Part shown: positions 39,409 to 47,528 of the stretch, piece after piece
How the letters are laid out: each line of letters opens with the position of its first letter
How positions within the stretch are numbered: position 1 is the first letter of the stretch
Assembly: GCA_016188825.1 (NCBI GenBank)
Contig: JACPHA010000006.1
Coordinates: forward strand, 10,300-74,299
DNA from: Candidatus Pacearchaeota archaeon
Lineage (GTDB): Archaea > Nanobdellota > Nanobdellia > Pacearchaeales > GW2011-AR1
Length of the DNA stretch: 64,000 nucleotides
Reading direction: 5' to 3'
Made by a program: the position numbers and the translations under genes
The notes under the pieces: model-generated
Told to the model about the DNA's origin: nothing
Seen by the model: the letters and a program-made list of their open reading frames with translations, nothing else
Database searches by the model: none

Positions 39409-40068
39409 TCAAACCCCCAACAAAAATAATGCGTACAGTGCAAAAATCAAACTAAGAAAAGCCAAAACTGTCCAAATTATTCTTGAGCCAAAAAAAATCT
39501 GCGTCCCGTCGAGATTTGAAATTGGAAGCATGTTAAAAAAAGCATAATAAGCAGCCAGCTTTGACAAATATTCAAAATCAGGAATATAACTGACGGCAGA
39601 CAATATCAGCAGAGCAACAATTCCTGCTGCTCCAATCAAACCATTATGCCAGTCAGTCATTTCAGTATGGCTGTAATAACCAAATCTCTTTGCTGCTCTG
39701 TATTTCAAAGCTCTTGTTTCATAACTCAAAAAAGTCATCAGCTTAAAAACTCCCAGGCTAAAAACTGAAAAAACCAAAGGCAGAATAACACCAAAGGGCA
39801 ATTCTTTCTTGAAATGCCTCCCTGGCTTGACTCCAAATCTGTAAACATGCCAAATTCGGTGCTCAACACTCGCATCAACCAAATAAGCCATTATTACTTT
39901 TGCGAAAACATTAACAGCAATTATAATAAAAGCAAAAAATAAGATTTGCGGAATAATTTCATACTCTCCTTTCAAAACAAAAGAAAAACTAGCCACAACA
40001 AACAAAATCAAAACCGCCGCCAAAACATGTCCTAATTCTTTCGAATCCATAAAATACATCATTTTCAT
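39409..40068 (-). CDS. M50 (site-2 protease)-like membrane protein with degenerate HExxH
   Basis: NMLPISNLDGTQIF matches the NxxPxxxLDG motif of M50. The expected HELGH reads KELGH at residues 10-14. Confidence 0.45.
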   Translation of the reverse strand: MKMMYFMDSKELGHVLAAVLILFVVASFSFVLKGEYEIIPQILFFAFIIIAVNVFAKVIMAYLVDASVEHRIWHVYRFGVKPGRHFKKELPFGVILPLVFSVFSLGVFKLMTFLSYETRALKYRAAKRFGYYSHTEMTDWHNGLIGAAGIVALLILSAVSYIPDFEYLSKLAAYYAFFNMLPISNLDGTQIFFGSRIIWTVLAFLSLIFALYALFLLGV

Positions 40069-40213
40069 ATTTATATAAACATTTTGGGCATAAAATACTA
40101 CTATTCAAACAACAAAAAACCATATTCTCAACAAAAACAATCTTTAAAAACTTCCTTAGTCATATTTTCCAAGCAAACGTAAAGTATAAATACTAGATGT
40201 TTCAAAAAATAAT

Positions 40214-40525
40214 ATGTTAAAGATAAAAAAAATCAGCGAGATGATTGGAAAAAATGTTTTTACTTCCGACGGCGAATACTTCGGCCAGATTGACGATGTA
40301 AATCTTGCTGAAAACAGAATCGATGGCTGGAAAATCCGTGTCGGCTCAAGTTTCTTGTCAATTTTCGGCGGCGCTCGTGGCGTGATTGTTCCGCATCAAT
40401 TCGTAAAAGCAATGGGTGATGTAATAATAATAAACCGCGGTTCTCTGCCCTCCAAATCAGATGAGCCCGATTTCGCATCTCCTCAAGCTTCTTCAACCGG
40501 CGAAGAATCAATTTTAGCGAGTTAA
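40214..40525 (+). CDS. PRC-barrel domain protein
   Basis: ISEMIGKNVFTSDGEYFGQIDDVNLAENRIDGWKIRV is the typical PRC-barrel N-terminal pattern. Confidence 0.65.
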   Translation: MLKIKKISEMIGKNVFTSDGEYFGQIDDVNLAENRIDGWKIRVGSSFLSIFGGARGVIVPHQFVKAMGDVIIINRGSLPSKSDEPDFASPQASSTGEESILAS

Positions 40526-40615
40526 ATTTGTCTAATAATAAAAGCATCTCAATCTTTGAGAGTAACCTTAAGATATTTCCAATGTTTTTTTAGTATTCGT
40601 ATCTTCCCATATCCA

Positions 40616-41704
40616 CTAATCATCAAATAATTTTTGTACAAAGGTTTTCCCAATAGCAGCAAGTCCCTCTTCTGGGGAATTAAACTCTGTTTCATCTTGT
40701 TCTCCAATTTTCTGTTCTAAGTTTCTCATATTAAATTCATGGCTGATTATTTTGTAATTAAGTCTTTTTCCGGCTAAATCTATCCCAATATTATACTCTT
40801 TTTTGGTTTCTAAACCATAGATTACTAGTTTGTTTCCAAACCACTTAGTCATTGGTATATTAGTAATTCCCTCCAAGATTGCTTTTACATCATCTTTTGT
40901 TTTTCCGTCAGTAAAACCATTAAATTTAATAAAAATTGCGCCGGTTTTTTCTCCGCTTAATGCTGGCTTAAAAGACTTCTCTTCTCTATCACTAACTTCA
41001 TTTAATTTATTTTCAAGATCTGAGGTATTCGTTATAGGAACAATTCTCTGCCTTAAAATTAATTCTTCTTCTCTTTCCGATGCTTTTTTAGCAGATTTTT
41101 TAGCAGCCTCTTTAACTCTTTCCTTAAAATCAATTCTTCTTCTTTCTTTCTCAATTATATCCATAAAATGCTCCTTATCTTCCCGTTTTAATTTGTCTTT
41201 ATTGACAAATTCATAAAGGAGTGCTGATGCGCGTCTATGATCAGCAGAATCAATTGCTTCCTGAATAATATCAGCATTACAATTAAACTGATAATTTCTA
41301 TACCATCTATCACCTAAAGCAATACCTGCTCCTAATGCGACTAATCCGGTTATAGAGGCGGCTATATATTTCCCTATTTTTAAGAACCCCTCTCCCACTT
41401 TTTTCCTTATTACTTGTTCTCTAACATCAGATAATTTTTTAATATCGCTACTGCCAGGATTTAATAATAACTGGGCCCCAATTGCTAGTGATAAATATCT
41501 AGAATTCTCCTCAAAAAAACTTTCTGAGACTTTCACATCTTCTGTTGTTAACTTTAATTTATCATAAGCTCGAATAAAATAATATCCATCCTTATGTCTT
41601 CTTAATGGCTCTAACCTAAATCTTTCCCGAATAACTTTTACATCTATCCCCTTCCTTATCCAAAAAATTTCTTCTAATTTTGTTGGTTCAAATTCTTCAT
41701 TCAT
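40616..41704 (-). CDS. hypothetical single-pass membrane protein (operon gene 3)
   Basis: 362 aa with a central TM (IAASITGLVALGAGIALG) and a charged coiled region. ATGA overlap with the upstream gene. Confidence 0.6.
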   Translation of the reverse strand: MNEEFEPTKLEEIFWIRKGIDVKVIRERFRLEPLRRHKDGYYFIRAYDKLKLTTEDVKVSESFFEENSRYLSLAIGAQLLLNPGSSDIKKLSDVREQVIRKKVGEGFLKIGKYIAASITGLVALGAGIALGDRWYRNYQFNCNADIIQEAIDSADHRRASALLYEFVNKDKLKREDKEHFMDIIEKERRRIDFKERVKEAAKKSAKKASEREEELILRQRIVPITNTSDLENKLNEVSDREEKSFKPALSGEKTGAIFIKFNGFTDGKTKDDVKAILEGITNIPMTKWFGNKLVIYGLETKKEYNIGIDLAGKRLNYKIISHEFNMRNLEQKIGEQDETEFNSPEEGLAAIGKTFVQKLFDD

Positions 41705-42765
41705 GATCCAATACCTCTATTACTCCTATAATCTTTTAAGTTACCGAAAAATCCTGCTTTAAGGTAGGCATCACCTTGAATCTCATGCACACAATTTCTA
41801 ACTTTTCTTTGGTCACTAAAATTCCACGCCACACTTAAGCCCAAAGCGCAAAATAATAGTGGACTGCCTATGTTTACTATACTATAAAAAGACTCGTCAG
41901 GGTCTGTAATAATGGCGCCACCGAAACTTATTAAAACACCAAATCCTCCACCAATAAACCATCCAAAAATTCCGGTCTTTAATAATCCTTTTATCAATTC
42001 CTTTTTTATTCGGGGGTGGTGAGAAAAATTTATTTTATCATCTATCCCATTTATTATAAACTGGGCATTCTCTAAAGTTAACATGCCATTTTTATATCTC
42101 CCAATATTGTCTGTCTTTCCATCTGACACCTTTAAAAAATTCTCACTCTCAAAAGTAAATTCTGCCTCTCTCGCTTTAATTCCAATTGGCAAATTCAATG
42201 AATCTAAAAAATAATCTCCTCCATAATGCATATTATTCCCCTCAAATTCTTCTTCTAATCTATTAATAATGGGTTTTACAGGATTGATTTTGGATAGCAC
42301 TACAACCCCTCCCTCTTTATAAGTCATACATGCAAAATTTCTAATCTCTTCGAGATTAGCACTATAAACTCTTAATCTGTTTGATCCTGAAGGCAAATAT
42401 TTCCTCACAAATCCGTCTATATCTCCACCGGACCATAAATGATCAACAAGCGTGGGATATAAATTTATTCTAATTTCGTCATTAGTCTGCCCATGACTAT
42501 CAATAACAAAAAAAGTTCTTTTCCTGGTTTTAATTTGTTTTTCACATTCTAAATAGGGTGTTAAAAAAGCAGTGCCGTGAATCCTATATATCCTTCCTTC
42601 CTCAGTCATTATTTCTGAGTCTATTAATCTAATAACCCTCATTCTACCATCTTCCTCAACAGCAACATTTCTCCCAGCACTAACAGAAGCCTCTACAAAA
42701 ATATCTTCATTACTATAAAGCGCGCGAATATTCTTGGCTAATGTGCCTAAATTCTCCATTGGCAT
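41701..42765 (-). CDS. hypothetical protein with C-terminal glycine-rich TM pair (operon gene 2)
   Basis: 354 aa. GIFGWFIGGGFGVLISFGGAII and SPLLFCALGLSVAW hydrophobic segments. No known motif. Confidence 0.6.
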   Translation of the reverse strand: MPMENLGTLAKNIRALYSNEDIFVEASVSAGRNVAVEEDGRMRVIRLIDSEIMTEEGRIYRIHGTAFLTPYLECEKQIKTRKRTFFVIDSHGQTNDEIRINLYPTLVDHLWSGGDIDGFVRKYLPSGSNRLRVYSANLEEIRNFACMTYKEGGVVVLSKINPVKPIINRLEEEFEGNNMHYGGDYFLDSLNLPIGIKAREAEFTFESENFLKVSDGKTDNIGRYKNGMLTLENAQFIINGIDDKINFSHHPRIKKELIKGLLKTGIFGWFIGGGFGVLISFGGAIITDPDESFYSIVNIGSPLLFCALGLSVAWNFSDQRKVRNCVHEIQGDAYLKAGFFGNLKDYRSNRGIGS

Positions 42766-42774
42766 CTTAAAAAA

Positions 42775-43227
42775 TTATTTATAATTTATTACCCCTGTCC
42801 TAACAAAAATAATTGGCATGCCAATAACTTGATTCAAAACAATTTTATTATTTTGGGTATAAAGAGTTAATTCGGGATCCAGCACCCGCGCAAACACAAT
42901 ATCGCTATCTTTTCTATCAAATGCTTCCTCGGTTTTATTTCTTCTATATCCTATTACATGAACCTCTCCTTCATCAATACCTATGCTCTTTGGTGGTATT
43001 TTAACAAGTAATCCATTAACTTTAATATACATGGGCTTTGTATATTCTACTTCTGCCTTCATTATATCATTATATAAGCTTCTTCCCGGCACACTAACAG
43101 AAATTTCTCTTCCTTTTATTACCAAATTTTTTGTTTTGAAAGATAATTTCCCTCTGCGTACCTTTTCTAACCTCTTAATAAGGTCCGAGGTACAACTCTC
43201 ATCAATTATCATAGTTTCAATTCCCAT
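42775..43227 (-). CDS. hypothetical soluble protein (operon gene 1)
   Basis: 150-aa ORF, 9 nt upstream of gene 2. No motif. Confidence 0.55.
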   Translation of the reverse strand: MGIETMIIDESCTSDLIKRLEKVRRGKLSFKTKNLVIKGREISVSVPGRSLYNDIMKAEVEYTKPMYIKVNGLLVKIPPKSIGIDEGEVHVIGYRRNKTEEAFDRKDSDIVFARVLDPELTLYTQNNKIVLNQVIGMPIIFVRTGVINYK

Positions 43228-43347
43228 TGTTATCCTCCAATTCTTTAATTATATATAAGCACTATTCTTAATAAATTTATCTCGAAAAAAATGGAAAATT
43301 TTGCAAAAAAGTTAAATTTATATAGTTTAAATGGAATATTTTTCCAT

Positions 43348-43791
43348 ATGGTAAAATTGGACAAAAAAGATTTTCAAATACTTCAGTTGCTAAAAGAAAA
43401 TGCAAAACTAACAACATCAAAGATTTCCAAGAAAACTGCAATACCTATTACGACAGTCCATAACAGAATTAAAAAACTGCAAAAAGAAGGAATAATCAAA
43501 AATTATACGGTAAAAGTTGATAATAAAAAATTAGGTAATTTAATTAGTGCCTATATCCTTATTAACGTAGATTACTCGACAATAAAAAAACTAAATCTCA
43601 CTCAATTAGATCTTGCTGACAAAATAAAAAAACATCCCAATGTGCAAGAAGCAGATGTAATCACCGGGCAAAAAGATATGATAGTTAAAGTGAATGTTAA
43701 AGACATGCTTGAATTAAACAAGTTTATATCAGAATCGCTTCAAATTATCCCAGGAATAAAACAAACTGAAACCGTAGTTGTAATGGAATAA
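43348..43791 (+). CDS. lrp: Lrp/AsnC family transcriptional regulator
   Basis: LDKKDFQILQLLKENAKLTTSKISKKTAIPITTVHNRIKKLQKEGIIKNY HTH followed by a RAM-like C-terminal domain. Confidence 0.85.
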   Translation: MVKLDKKDFQILQLLKENAKLTTSKISKKTAIPITTVHNRIKKLQKEGIIKNYTVKVDNKKLGNLISAYILINVDYSTIKKLNLTQLDLADKIKKHPNVQEADVITGQKDMIVKVNVKDMLELNKFISESLQIIPGIKQTETVVVME

Positions 43792-43851
43792 TTTCTTAAG
43801 AATAAAATAACCGTCAAAAACATTTAAATAATCCTTTCTCTTAAATTAAAA

Positions 43852-44382
43852 ATGGCAGCAGAGGGATTTACATACGGCGGGCAGACAATTTTATCAAACC
43901 CAATTTTCGTCGAAACGATCTTGCCTTTCTTGCTGGTGTTCACAATTGTATTTGCAATTCTGCAGAAATCAAAAATACTCGGAGAAGGAAAAAAACAAAT
44001 TGACGCAATTGTTTCTCTCGTTGTCGGATTGCTCGTTATCTCATTCGGCCAGGCAACAGGAATCATTGTTCAATTAATCCCGTTTCTTGCAGTCAGCTTG
44101 GTTATAATTCTTGTCTTGATGCTTCTCCTAGGCTCTTTTATGAAAGGCAAGTTAGAGGAAAATCTGCCAAAAGGAATAAAATACGTTTTAATGGCAGTTG
44201 TTCCAATCGCAGTTGTAATCGCGGTGATGTACATAACAAATGCTTGGATATATCTCTATGATATTATTTTCATTGCCGGCAGCTCAAATCTTTTAACTAA
44301 TATATTTTTCATAGGAATTGTCATCGGAGCAATTATCTTTGTTTTAGTTGGAAGCAAAGATTCCGGTGAAAGCAAGAAGTAA
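43852..44382 (+). CDS. membrane protein, paralog family member 1
   Basis: Shares ILPFLLVFTIVFAILQKSKILGE-type first helix and overall topology with 45006-45551 and 45558-46073. Confidence 0.65.
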   Translation: MAAEGFTYGGQTILSNPIFVETILPFLLVFTIVFAILQKSKILGEGKKQIDAIVSLVVGLLVISFGQATGIIVQLIPFLAVSLVIILVLMLLLGSFMKGKLEENLPKGIKYVLMAVVPIAVVIAVMYITNAWIYLYDIIFIAGSSNLLTNIFFIGIVIGAIIFVLVGSKDSGESKK

Positions 44383-44625
44383 CCTTAATATTTTAATAAT
44401 TAATTTTTCAGTATAAGTTATAATAAAATTAGTGATTTATATTTTTGGGATTATCTATTAATAATTCCTAGCAAATAATTAATATGTTATTTAGATTACT
44501 TATAATCATTAATTAACATAATGACAAAAATCTCTCTCAAAAACAATCAAAAAAGAAATCTTTATATGTGAAGTTTTATGCTTATAGAGAATTCGTTGGT
44601 GATATATTCCCGCTCATTCGAATCG

Positions 44626-44675
44626 TCAAGAACTTTCAGTTCTTGAGCGTGCTCAAGATGTGTCCATCTTGACAT
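44626..44675 (+). repeat. interspersed palindromic element, core-only copy
   Basis: TCAAGAAC-tttca-GTTCTTGA, G-cgtg-C spacer, TCAAGATG-tgtc-CATCTTGA, then CAT. Confidence 0.8.
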
Positions 44676-45005
44676 GTCCAGACAAAGAATTTAGATAATT
44701 TAGTTTCAAATTCTCTGTAAAACGAGCAATTAAAGATTGCGAGTGTATAGGTTCATGACATTTTTCACCACCTAAATACCTTAAAGCATAATCAATTATT
44801 ATCTAACGAAGATTTGATAACAGACTTACTATGGATTTGTAAAACAGGTTTTTGTTCATTAATACGACACATGGCGTAGTTTCTATTATTTAAAAATGGT
44901 TTGTTATTGCGCCCGTAAATAACTTTTACTAGTGAAATATCTTTTGGACCTATACATTAAAGATTGCGACGCAATCTTTATAAACAAACCTTCATTTATT
45001 AAAAA

Positions 45006-45551
45006 ATGCCAATCGGAACCATTGCAGACATATTGTATAGCTGGGAATCAATAGGTGTCTATGATTTCATTCTTCCATTTCTGTTAGTTTTCGCGCTTGT
45101 TTTCGGAATTTTAAACGCAACACAATTTCTGGGAAAAAATCGTCCGGTCTATATCATAGTTGCTCTCGCAATCAGCTTAATGTCTCTTCGCTACTCATTT
45201 TTTGTTTCTGATTTTCTTTCGGAATTATTTCCAAGACTCGGAATAGGGCTCGCTGTTTTGCTTGCTGTTCTAATTTTTGTCGGGTTGTTTATTGCAGAAG
45301 AAGAACAAAGATACTGGGGATATGGTCTCGCGGCTATTGGTGCCTTAATAGCAATAATCATTATCTTTCAAACATTCGACCGCACCGGATTATACCTCGG
45401 CGGCTATACTTCTGATACTGTTAGCTACATAATTCTATTTGTTTTGCTTGTCGGAGTTATTATTGCTGTTTCAACAAGCGGAGGACAGAAAAGCAAAGAT
45501 ACAAATAAAGGTAAAGCAAAGTTTAAAGTCTGGAGAGAAGAATCACAATAA
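45006..45551 (+). CDS. membrane protein, paralog family member 2
   Basis: YDFILPFLLVFALVFGILNATQFLGKN. About 4-5 TM. Lys-rich tail. Confidence 0.7.
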   Translation: MPIGTIADILYSWESIGVYDFILPFLLVFALVFGILNATQFLGKNRPVYIIVALAISLMSLRYSFFVSDFLSELFPRLGIGLAVLLAVLIFVGLFIAEEEQRYWGYGLAAIGALIAIIIIFQTFDRTGLYLGGYTSDTVSYIILFVLLVGVIIAVSTSGGQKSKDTNKGKAKFKVWREESQ

Positions 45552-45557
45552 ACCAAA

Positions 45558-46073
45558 ATGCCAGCTGACTTATCTGCCATATCATACTTCGCACCAATTC
45601 TAGCATTCCTGATTGTTTTCCTGATTGTATTTTCAGTTTTGATAAAAACAAAAATCCTCGGAGAAAACAAATGGTTTGTTCTATTTATTTCATTCATCAT
45701 AGCAACAATTTTCATCTCAACAGCCGGAGCAGTAAAATACATTGGAACAATTGTCCCATGGTTTGCTGTCCTTCTTGTCAGCCTTGCATTCCTCCTAGTC
45801 ATAATCGGCTTTGTCGGCAAGCCTGCAGAATCATTCACAAAAGGAATCGGCGTGGCCTTCATAATAATCCTTGCTCTAGTATTCATAATCTCCGCGTTCT
45901 TCATTTTCTCCTATTTATTCACGCCTTACATTCCGGGCCCCGGCTATGGCTCTGGTTTGGATGAAAAAACTTTATTTGCTCTCGACACTCTTTACTCCTC
46001 ACAAATCCTCGGAGCCATTCTTTTAATTGTAATTTCCGCCATTGTCAGTTGGGTTTTAGTGAAAACAAAATAA
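45558..46073 (+). CDS. membrane protein, paralog family member 3
   Basis: YFAPILAFLIVFLIVFSVLIKTKILGEN. 6 nt after member 2. Confidence 0.7.
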   Translation: MPADLSAISYFAPILAFLIVFLIVFSVLIKTKILGENKWFVLFISFIIATIFISTAGAVKYIGTIVPWFAVLLVSLAFLLVIIGFVGKPAESFTKGIGVAFIIILALVFIISAFFIFSYLFTPYIPGPGYGSGLDEKTLFALDTLYSSQILGAILLIVISAIVSWVLVKTK

Positions 46074-46217
46074 AAAATTCAGACTCTGTAAATAGCCTTT
46101 GAAACTAATATTTTTATTCTTCCTAGAAAAAGACGTAATATCGAGTATCTCTTTAACAACCAATTTAATTTGGACGTATTAATTTAACATTAAAAAAGCT
46201 TTTAATCATTTATATTC

Positions 46218-47108
46218 TCACTTATGATGTTTCTTCTTGACATGGTGTTCATGTTTTCTATGGTGCTCTCCTGTATGGTGCACAGCATGGTGATGAACAT
46301 GATGTCCTTCCTTTTTCTTCCTTTCCCTAACAGGCTTCCCAACTAGTGCTCCAAATGATTTCTGTGTTTCCTCTAATTCAGTTTTAATATCCTTAACGTC
46401 ATTGACATACTCCCCAACCTTTTGCAGCACAGCGATCTCAACCCTCTCAATTATTTTTTCAATTCTCTTCAGTCTATCTTCAACATCACTCATTTTTGCC
46501 TCTGCTGTTGTTCTAAAATCAAGTGCCTTTTCCAATTTATCATGCATTAAAGATAACTTCTCGCTAACTACCTGCTCTGCAATCTCGCTTATTACATCAG
46601 AGCTCATCGCTTCCTGATAAGGCTGATATTGCTGTTGATATCCTCGTGTTTGTCCATAACCACCATATTCTCCTCCTTGCATTCCACTCTGTGCATATTG
46701 ATCATAACCACCATAATCCTGCTGTCCTCCTTCTGCATACTCTTGCGTCATCCGTTCGCCGCCCTGCTCCTGCTCTACCATAGATGGCTGCATTCCTTCA
46801 TACCCCTTGGGCTGCTCTGAATATTCAATTGCCGCTGGTCCAGAAAAACTTTGCATAGTAGGATAATTAACTAAACTCTCCCCAGGCGAAGGAGTCAGAG
46901 GCATTTCTTCCCCTGTTTCTTCGGCTTGACTTGTCTGCCTTTCTTGCCCTAAATCATCCTCACCGGCAACCGCTCCTCTTATCTTTGCCCGAGAAATAAC
47001 ATCCTGTATTTCTCTATCAGCCAATCCTTTCCTCTTCAAATTATTAAAAACCTCTTGCTCTGACATCCCCTCATCAATCATCCCCTCAACTTCATCTAAT
47101 GTTCCCAT
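46218..47108 (-). CDS. hypothetical protein with Q/G/Y-rich low-complexity core, coiled coil and His-rich tail
   Basis: GGQQDYGGYDQYAQSGMQGGEYGGYGQTRGYQQQYQPYQ. Heptad-like C-terminal region. Tail HHVHHHAVHHTGEHHRKHEHHVKKKHHK. Confidence 0.7.
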   Translation of the reverse strand: MGTLDEVEGMIDEGMSEQEVFNNLKRKGLADREIQDVISRAKIRGAVAGEDDLGQERQTSQAEETGEEMPLTPSPGESLVNYPTMQSFSGPAAIEYSEQPKGYEGMQPSMVEQEQGGERMTQEYAEGGQQDYGGYDQYAQSGMQGGEYGGYGQTRGYQQQYQPYQEAMSSDVISEIAEQVVSEKLSLMHDKLEKALDFRTTAEAKMSDVEDRLKRIEKIIERVEIAVLQKVGEYVNDVKDIKTELEETQKSFGALVGKPVRERKKKEGHHVHHHAVHHTGEHHRKHEHHVKKKHHK

Positions 47109-47111
47109 TGT

Positions 47112-47435
47112 CTAATATTCCTCCCTAAACAAATTAAATTGCCTCTGCAAAATCATCAATTCCTCTTTCCTCGCAAGATTATTAGCATGCTCGTTAAGTC
47201 TTGACAAAATCTCTTTCATCCTAATATTTTCATTCTTCAAATTCTCAATAACTTTTTTCATCTCCTGAATCTCGTTAAAATTCTTTTCTCTTTCCTTGAC
47301 AAAACTTTCACTTATCAAAATCATTCTATCTCTCAATAATCTCTGCTTATCCTCTAAATCCCGGAGTCTTGTACTAATATCAGAAAAAAAATTACTCCAA
47401 TAACCTTGCTGTTCTCCTCCCGTCACCTCTGTCAT
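47112..47435 (-). CDS. small coiled-coil protein
   Basis: About 107 aa and almost entirely heptad-like (LRDLEDKQRLLRDRMILISESF...). 3 nt upstream of 46218-47108. Confidence 0.55.
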   Translation of the reverse strand: MTEVTGGEQQGYWSNFFSDISTRLRDLEDKQRLLRDRMILISESFVKEREKNFNEIQEMKKVIENLKNENIRMKEILSRLNEHANNLARKEELMILQRQFNLFREEY

Positions 47436-47528
47436 GTTTCTACAACGCATCAAGGGTTTAAAATCATTTGGGATTTTATGTTTACCAAAACCAAAACATA
47501 TTTAATTCTCAACTTGCTTTAAATTAAA

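Noticed and set aside
45425-45964. ORFs 45425-45904 (minus) and 45671-45964 (plus)
   Set aside because: Both lie within the two paralogous membrane-protein genes, whose mutual homology supports the annotated frames.
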